NCBI RefSeq assembly: GCF_009914755.1
Contig: NC_060938.1
DNA from: the human T2T-CHM13v2.0 reference genome, Homo sapiens
Length of the DNA: 64,000 bases
Direction: 5' to 3' (one strand)
Shown here: positions 54,674-64,000 of the stretch, one piece after another
Position numbering within the stretch: position 1 is the first letter of the stretch
Layout: each line of letters starts with the position of its first letter
Notes under the pieces: generated by a model
The model's input: only the letters and a program-made list of their open reading frames with translations
Database searches by the model: none
Told to the model about the DNA's origin: nothing
Translations under genes and position numbers: made by a program

Positions 54674-55959
54674 ATTTCCAATACTCAGTACGGTAATACA
54701 AGTGTGGGAAAAGGCAATTAGGTGACAACTCTGTACTGTAACAGGTCAAAGAAATTAAAACTCCTGGGTGGACCTCCCAAGACTAAACTAGGTGCTCTTA
54801 GAGTGAGTTCTTTCCATTCTCAAATTTTGTCTGGCACACCAGACATCTGGCTTTCAGATGAGATACAACCAATCACGTAAGTTTTCTTTCTTTGCAACAT
54901 AGGGCTTTCTCTGAAATTTCCCGTTTAATCTGTATTATAACCTCCTACATTAAGACCTGGTGTGTCTCAGTGGAAGTCTGGACACACGATTCATGCTGCA
55001 AGTGTGCACCTCTTCCCTTTCATAATCTAATATGTGTCATTGATATTCATTCTCATGTGACAGTGTGGTTCTAAAGGAGTCTGGGAACAGGCTGCAAGAA
55101 GGGAAATGGTTGTTGAGCCAGGCCTAATAGAAGGCCGTGTCTGGCAGCTGTCAGGAAGCAGAGGGAAGTTCCAGGCATTCCCAGTGGGCAACCCCATTTC
55201 CCTCTTTCCACACCTCCAGGCCCTGAAAATGCATAGGTGAAAATGGATAGGCAGAAAGGAAAACGGAAGCAAGAACTAAAGCTCCCTTGTCTGAGGCTAG
55301 AATATTTACTTGACAGAGTCAGCCAGTGTTGATCTTGATTTCCTGTGCCAAGTGAGCATGTGTTAGCTGCTGCCCAATGAGAAACATTAATGTCAGCAAG
55401 AGATTATATTTCCATTTCAGTTGCCCTTTTCACCAATATACAAGAAGTAAGTCATATGGCAAGGTCAATTAATTGTTGGTCTAACTCATTGTTATAATTA
55501 TCCTCCCCTAAGGAAGAAAAATTGGTCACTGGGAATAAAAAGTCAGTGTCCTTGAAGCACTGTTTCTGGGTTATAATACTGCACCTGACTCTGACCCTAT
55601 TGTGAAAGCTTGACCAAATCTCCATTAATTTCTCTGAACCACAGATTATTTATTCATTGAGCAGGAGGACTAGTTACAGAATAATCAGTTTTTCTAGTAA
55701 GAACTGCAATCAAGATTTCCTGACCTGACACCCATGCTTCTAGAATCTTCCCACACCATTTATTAAATAACACAGTGTGTGACCCAGGGCTATTTTCACA
55801 ACTCTGGGCTTGACAACGGATCTCTTAGAGATTTTTGCTCAGTACCGAAGTTCTAATCACTCTCTTATCTCAGCCACCCTCAGGAATCAAGAAGCAAACC
55901 TCCTAGAGAATAGTTCAGTATTGGGAGACTTATGAGCTACTGACTTCTGTTGACTGAAT

Positions 55960-56190
55960 GACAAACAGAGGTCATAGACTCTGCTGCCTGAGTCTGAATC
56001 CTGACTCAACCACTTACTGTCTGCCTTGAATAAGTTAATTAACCTCTTTTTGCCTCAGCTCCCACACCTGTAAAATGAGGCTAATAATGAGAATTATCCC
56101 ACAGTGTTACTGTGAGGATTAAATGAGACAGTACATATAAAAAAGTGTCTGGCATGTGGTAAGCACTCAATTATTATAAGCTATGTTTAT
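55960..56190 (+). mobile_element. MIR
   Basis: ctgcctgagtctgaatcctg...gcctcagctcccacacctgtaaaatg...gtgaggattaaatgaga. Confidence 0.8.
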
Positions 56191-57341
56191 GAAAACATTT
56201 AAATATAAAATACCACATTAAATACCCATTTTGGTACACAAATTATCTCAACATTTCTTAAAAGCAGATTTTTCCATGCATTCTACTAAAAAAACAGTTT
56301 TTGGTACTTAATTGTGGTAGACATCTCCCATAGTATGAGGAATTCCAGAATCATTGATCTGGGTGTTCTTACCTGAACTCACCGGCACAAGAAGAAAACA
56401 TCTAGAATATGGCTGACTCCTGACTCAGCCTTTTTCTTTTAACAACAGTAGGACTTTTAATCATTGCATTCAGAGTAATACCTGTCAATCACCTTTTTTT
56501 CTCTAATTAAATTTACCTGGAGTTCATTTTAAAGACAATAATTTGTTCAGCCAAAAGTGGTTGCATATTTATGCCACAATTAGTTAAGGACTCCACAAAT
56601 GAACCCCTCTCTCTGAGCCTCTGTGAAGAAAGGAGAACGCAGTTGAGAGCCCAGAAGATTTCAGAGCAATTAAGCCTAGAAATGCAGGTGTTTGAAACAC
56701 CTGTTTCCCCTCCCTCCCACGCCTGCTGCCCTGGCCACCCTTGTCAGTAGGTTAAAATAATTAACTGACGCTATCGGAAGAAAAGCCCAAGCACTGCTAA
56801 GGGCAACAAGTCTCCTTTTCTCCCCTTTCTCAGATTAAATGAGAAAAATAAAAAGGTTCATGGGTGGTCTAAAAACAGGAGAGGGGAAAAAACCTTTCCT
56901 CTTCTTTAAAAAAAAAAAGACAAAACCAAGTGACAAGGAAGACATTGTTTCCCTCAAGCAAACTCAGTGGCTTGCTTAAGTTCAGAATTCTATGTTTGTT
57001 TTGTGAAAGTGATTGCAGCGCTGTTCATGAGCATGAAAAAAGCTATTTAAGGGATATTTATGTGAGGAAATAAAGCAACTGGGGAGACTGTAATTTTGCC
57101 TGACCTGCCTTTTGTGAATACCTGCAAATTTATACTAAATCTCAACAACAGAGTCCCTCCCAAGGGTAAATTGTGGAAATTTTATTGGGACTTTTAAAAA
57201 TGAAATAGGCCATAGCTAGGAAATCAAGAAATTGTTTTTAAAAATAAAGGAAGTTCAATGTGGCAATTTGATTCAATTTTGGCCATGATGTTTTGTGTAT
57301 CTCAGTTTTGTTTTCCTGAGTTTCATTAAAGCAACTGTTGA

Positions 57342-57767
<426 letters not shown>

Positions 57768-58396
57768 TGATTTTGGAAGACAAGGATGATACAGGCCAGA
57801 GGACCTGCCAGAGTTAGGAAACTAGTTCAGTATTTAAGTAAATATGCATGCACCTACACTTTTCCATTTTTTCAAAGATAATCTAAGGTGACTGGTCCAG
57901 CTAGACTCTGGATTTGAGTAAAAGCTTTGTGACAATGCCCACATGAAATATACATTGCAGGAAGAGAATGGATTACCACATACTGTTAATTTCGTCCATA
58001 ATTCTGACCAATGTATATTTTTTATAATGCCTGATGGTTTTATAAGTATTTTCTCATTTGAGGTAAGGCAGGTCTCATAACACCTGTCCTGGAAACGAGG
58101 TGGCTAAGGTGTTGGATCGAGGCAGTCACGGAGAGGGAAGGAGAGCATCTCCGGTTATGGAGGGAACCTTTGAGGACTTAAGCAACTGGCCGCCTATACA
58201 GGAAGTGGTAAAACTGGGCTCCTGCAAGACCACCTCCATCCCTCGCCCCAGGTTTCTTGACATCAGATCCAGTGCTATTGACACCACCACCCAGGCCAGG
58301 TGAATTCTTCTCCAGTATAGCACTGCCTTTTCACAAACCAGTGTTGAGGCTCACTGTTCAAAGTGGCCAGCTCCTGAGAGCAGCATTAATTTTAAA

Positions 58397-58415
58397 TGGC
58401 CAGCAGGTGGCAGAG
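58397..58415 (+). promoter_or_regulatory. CTCF core motif
   Basis: tggccagcaggtggcagag, a near-consensus match. Confidence 0.7.
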
Positions 58416-60838
58416 TAAATCCTAGTCCCAAATCTATTTCAGTAGTTTTAAATCATTTGAAACTAACAGCTGAAAACTTCATTATCAGTTCAAATAAGCT
58501 TAGCATTTAAGGTTTCATTAAAATATCGGCAATTATAATATGTAATATAGAGACCTAAGACCACTGTCAAACTAAAAGCTGATTCTAACACATGGCTTGC
58601 TTTTTTTCCCCCCTGAGCAATCTAACACAGTTGTAAAGTAGTTTTTTGTTTTTAGTTCTGTTTTCCTCTTACTGTGCTACTTAGTGAGAGAGAAATGCTG
58701 GCTTGCTACTCATTTTAGTTCCTTTTCTCATTAAGGAAATATTTTTAATAGCTGCATGTGGCATGAATCCACGAACAGTACAGCTCTGTCTAGGTCCAGG
58801 AATGTCTTTATTAAGGGTTCGTTACTAAGCACCAGTTTTCCAACTCCTCCTAGCCTGGTGCTCTGGGGAGATAACCCAGAGGAACTGCTCAAATTACATT
58901 GCACTCCTTGGCTGTATCCTGGGCGGCTCTAAAGGGAGGCGAATTAGAGAAGACTCTCTTCATCAAAACCTTCCTCTCCTTCATAGCATCTTACTTCATG
59001 GTGTCGTAATTTAAAGGATCTGTAAACCTTGAGGCTCCCAAATGCTTTGTTTAATGCCTTCTTCAGCTGCTTTCATGCATTCTTAGCAAGGACCAATAAT
59101 GATTAAAAGGGGTTTCCATCCAAACATTTGCAGAGATTTTTACTTAAAATACAATCTTCATATAGTGTATCCATACGTATACATTCATTTCCATACATAC
59201 ATGCATTTGCCTTTACATGTATATATATTTACATACATTTGTACAAGGATCAAATCTCATTACAATGAATTTCATTGGATTATCTAATTTCCCATATTAT
59301 CGTGGAATTTTGCTGCTTCAAATATGTTTTAAGTAAATTAAAGGAATTAGGTTCTAAGTTGTAGAAACTATACCACCTACTATCACATAACTTAAGAACT
59401 TGAAAATGTTTAATCTGAATTTAATTTTTTGATATGAGATTTGCCATATGTTCATAGGCATCCATAAATCAATTGATCTTAAAAAAGCACATTGAGATTA
59501 TACATATAAATATCTAATTATATATGCTTTGTCTTTTTTTCAGAAAAAAAGGTTTCAAAAGGACTTAGAGAATTACAGGTTACAAATATTTTTACACAAT
59601 TAGCTGCTAAGATTTAATTAAAAATGTATTAACTGATGCTTCTAGAATGACATAATATCTTTTCAAGCTGATATATATTTCAACTGACCAAATAAAGGTA
59701 AATGTTAATAGTGCAAGTTAGCTGTCTACTTGCTCTCTAATTCACTGCAGTCAGCAGTTGAAGAATGGAGCTTATTTAGAATATCTCAAATCATGTAATA
59801 ACACTATTCCTTTTTAAATGAATTCAAAGGAACTAAACGGTATAAGAATCCACCAGTAATAGAACAAGTGTGTTGACGGTAATTGTAGAAGTCATTTTGC
59901 CTTTCCTTGAAATTGCAAATTCCATTTCATAACCAGGTTAAACTCCCTTCTGTGCCAATTTCCCCATCAACAAGTACACACACATATTTTTCATAGACCC
60001 TGAACCATCCCCTCCAGGATTATTTATTTCCTTATTTTTTTAAGAACAATGTCATACCCACATAAAATTTGCTTTAAAAATGTGCACTTTTGTTTGCTTT
60101 TTCCAACATTACATGTTTATTTTACAGATTGGGTTGAGAGCTGGAAGACTTTTTTTTCCTGTTTCATCCTAAAAGCGTAAGGATCAATGCCAATTGTATA
60201 CTTAGATATCAAGGCAACTTTTCCAGCTGTGCCCTAACTGTTCTCTATTGTGCTCCTTACCATGTCCTTGGTGTCATTTTTCTGATTTGAGTGAAACCTA
60301 TGCAAGACATTAATTGTGTCTTATTACCGGTTCTTGCTCTTCTTTTCAATCCTGATAGGTATGAATGCCCCAAGAGAAACACAACCAATAAAACAAAACA
60401 GCAGTATATTCCTCTATACATTGTTTGTGAAGCAATGAATATGTGAAAAATTCATATTTGCCAGTGTACTTCAGGGCATTTTGGGAGGCCCTTTAAAAAA
60501 ATCCATTGGTCTGTTTCTACCACAGTACCACTTCAAATCTGACTATTGGGCTGATTTAGCCAGAAGGGCAATAATTATGAATCATTTCCTTTAAATATTA
60601 TAGCATTTTGTGCATCAGTGCTCAATACTAACAAAATTAAAAGTGCTGGTATAGCAAAACTAGGGAAAATTTAAAATGGAAAAGTATATATGTTACTATA
60701 GTTTCAGAATAATTATTAATAAAGCAACATTTTGGCTTGTGTTATCTACAGCCTGGATTAAAAGCAGTGAAGAAATGAGTGAGCTAGTGGAACCTACATC
60801 CAAGTTGCATTTAAAGTATTTTCTAAATATGTGGCATA

Positions 60839-60967
60839 GGCCTGATGTGGTGGTGGCTCATGCCTGCAATCCCAGCACTTTGGGAGGATGAAGCAGGAGA
60901 ATCTCTTGAGGCCAGGAGTTGAGACTAGCTTGGGCAACATATTGAGGCCCCACCCCCCAGAAAAGAA
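60839..60967 (+). mobile_element. Alu monomer (FLAM-like)
   Basis: Single left arm, gtggctcatgcctgcaatcccagcac...gggcaacat, with a short A-rich end. Confidence 0.8.
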
Positions 60968-63900
60968 TATGACTATATGGTATACAAAATACTAATTTTG
61001 ATTTTAAATTTGATAAGTTCTGCTTTAATATAGAAGTCATAAGAGTGAAATTACAAAATGGTGTAAAAATCACTTATTCAGATAATCCTTATAATCTCCA
61101 GAGGCAAAGCATGACTACGAGGACCAAACTCTTCAACCATACAGCATTACCTTAAAAATTACTTACTCTTTTGTTCAGCCAGAAGTACTAGAGATTATAA
61201 GAAATGTGAAGTCCATCAGCTATTAACTTCAGGCCTGACTAAATAACAGCTAATATAATTGGAACACTTTTATCAGAGAGCAATTTCTGGAATAAAATAT
61301 ACATCATATAGTAGGAACACAGTTTTAAGAATTACAGAGAACACTAACTTAAAGTGATAAAATTTTTTCATTTCAACATAGTCTTTTAAAATTTACATAT
61401 TTTTATTTATGTCCGCTTGATTAATAACCCCATTCTTGGGGATGCAGTGGGAAAGAACAATACTTGTCATTTTTGTGCACCAACATTAATTTATTATAAC
61501 ACTAAAATTTTTGTAGGTTTAAGTGTGTTCCCTGCAGTTTTATTAACTGTGAAGATACAGAGAATATATTTTGAGTGGAAATAAAAATATATCCTTAACA
61601 ATAACATTATCAAGGGTAAACATCTTTTGACAATTACAAGTTGATTTTGGTAACACATTTCATTGTATAAGAAAAGGTGGATATTTTTTAGGACCAATGG
61701 CCTGAAATTCTACTTTCTTGTATTGAAAAAGGTTAATTAGGAATTGAGCTCAAAGTTAATTTTTTGAAGGTCAGCTGCTATGCTATTGGGTCCTGTGACC
61801 CTGTCTCAAGTAATCACAGCATTAACATACAAGTTATAGCTTTCCTTTCACTTGATGACATAATCTCTTTAATTGGTGTCGGGAAGCCTGCATGTGAAAG
61901 AACCGTGGAAAACACCTAGAGACTATAATTTTACTCTCTCCATTCACAGGGCAAAAGAAACAAGCCTTAAGAATGTAGTAGAAACTCATTACAACCCATA
62001 GGCTGTCAACACAAAGCCCTCACATTTCAACCAAGGGTTTTAGGAATGATCAAGTCCGTTTAGTTCTAAGTTCGGCTGGTGAACTATTAACCTTTTCAGA
62101 AAAACTGGTGAATGCTACATGTCACATAATCTTCTTTGAGAAAGCTAAGAGGGTGGATAATGTTGTTTAACTGATTAGACATAAATGTGAGAAGATAATA
62201 TTTGCAAAATTATTAAGTGTGCTCTCTGAAAGAAACTACTGGAGTGAGACTCCCTACCTCTTACGTTTCCACAGCCCTTTACATAATTCTCTTTCATAAA
62301 TTCCACGTGGCTCATCATGCACACTTGAAATGGCCCATTTTTATTTGGAAGTTTAAACTTACCTTTTCCAGGGAGCTGATCTTCCCCTAGGTCAGCATGG
62401 TTGTGACCCTGTTTTCCCAGTGGATTCTGCCTAATAAAGAAGAAAGCTACTGTGGAGTAGCCCGTGAAATACCCACTATGACACTTTTGCAAAGATATGC
62501 TTTGGGAAAAGGGAGCAAGGGGAATGCTGAAGTTTGTTGAGCCCATCAGCATCAGTTTAGCAACCACTTACTATAGCAAAGGATAAAAATGGACCCTCTT
62601 CCTGTTCAAGAAACTAGTTCTGATTTTAATAAGTAAGTAAATATTCAAAACCACTTAATTCTACTAAAACAACAAAATCATGTACCACTGGGCCCTAGAA
62701 GGGAACAGGAGCAAAACCTAAAACATGAATTCTATTTTGATAAAAAAATTTTTTGATCCCAGGGGTGTCTCTGCTGAAATATAATGGTGGAAGGTCCTAC
62801 TGAAAAATTCTAGGCCAATTATACCACAGAATATATTTTCAAACGTTCCTCAGGCAAAGGAAACAGGGTGAGCTCCTTTGCTTATGGAAGGGCTCTTAGT
62901 AGGCTATTAAAGCAGCTCCTGTCCTTATAGCACACAATATTTCAATTTTGTTACCTTTCCACGATCTTTTTACCTCTTGAGTTCTGACATGCCTTTTAAA
63001 ACATTAGACCATCCAAGCAAGAGGTCCTGTGCCTGGAATGCCTTGTGCTGAGCCTTATATTGGGTGCCATCAGCAATGTGGCAAATATAGGGATATGTCA
63101 TCTAGCAGAGATATAAAATCATCACTTAGAACTGGCTTATCTTTGGTTCTGATATACCAGGCTCTCCCTCTTGTGCCTTGTCTAGACAAAACTGCCCAGC
63201 AGGTGTGGGAAGAGATGGAGGTAAAAAGGGCAGGTAGGTGCTTATGATTGCAAACAGTACATATGCCTGCCTTCCTATGACACCTACTAGATAATTGCTA
63301 TATTAGGTATTGACATGTCTTTAATCATGTCTCTGTGTAAGTAATAAATGAGTCTTTTGGGATCTGTTTTGTGTCCCATACACTCTTACATTTTTCCAGA
63401 TGCACAATGCATATAACCAATCAAATAACAGTGTTGGTTGTTTTAATCACAGGGGCGTAGCAACTTTCATTTTTAAGACTTTTCAAGCCAGAAATTAACT
63501 CATTTTGCCCTGTTATTCAGATTTAGTCACTGGCACAATTTCATTAATAAGCATAATAATAATGGACAAATGCCTTAACTGCTTTTCTGCTTTGTTTCAT
63601 CCTCTGTGCCAATCTGGTAAAACCTCAGTGATATCAAGGATTGACTCTACCCTGGAAATTGAAGTATTTTTCTCCTCCAACTCCTCAGTAAAACCAACAA
63701 TGCCGTTTTCCCATCAGGTTTGTTAGCAAAATCTGAACTCTACATCTAACTAAAATTGTAATTGACAGTAGGGGATTTGTATTCCTTCATTACCTGGGAG
63801 CTTTCCCCAGCAAGAGGAAATAAAAATCACAAACACCTGTTAATGCCACTGCAATTCTAATCATCCCTGAGTAGTATCTATCATATCTTCCCCATGCTCT

Positions 63901-64000
63901 TCAAGGAAAGTCCTTATCCTAGCACGTGAGGCTATGTACAGTCTGGTGCTCAAATACCTCTCCGACCTCCAACCCCCCACCATATTGCCCTACTCTCAGT

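Overview
Primate, very probably human, genomic DNA. It is not a microbial accessory region. The window opens in the last intron of PPM1A (PP2C-alpha). The terminal exon starts at 747, encodes DSTSTDDMW-stop, and runs into a ~6.6 kb 3' UTR with proximal (1622) and distal (7361) AATAAA signals. The other ~56 kb is intergenic; from recalled synteny it lies toward C14orf39/SIX6 on 14q23. It holds many transposon fossils: Alu, L1, L2, MIR, MER3/5/6/58, MaLR and ERV LTRs, and one full-length MSTA provirus. There is also an orphan CpG island at ~35.9-36.6 kb, two strong same-orientation CTCF motifs, and several repeat-poor blocks rich in developmental TF motifs. I found no new protein-coding system; the ORF track is explained by repeats, low complexity or chance. 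The most notable signals are structural. Two inverted L1s of different subfamilies share private substitutions, suggesting gene conversion. There are three local templated duplications or insertions. The CpG island and CTCF sites look like a regulatory or boundary architecture. Repeat subfamily names come from remembered consensus sequences and need RepeatMasker/Dfam confirmation; old-repeat boundaries are approximate.
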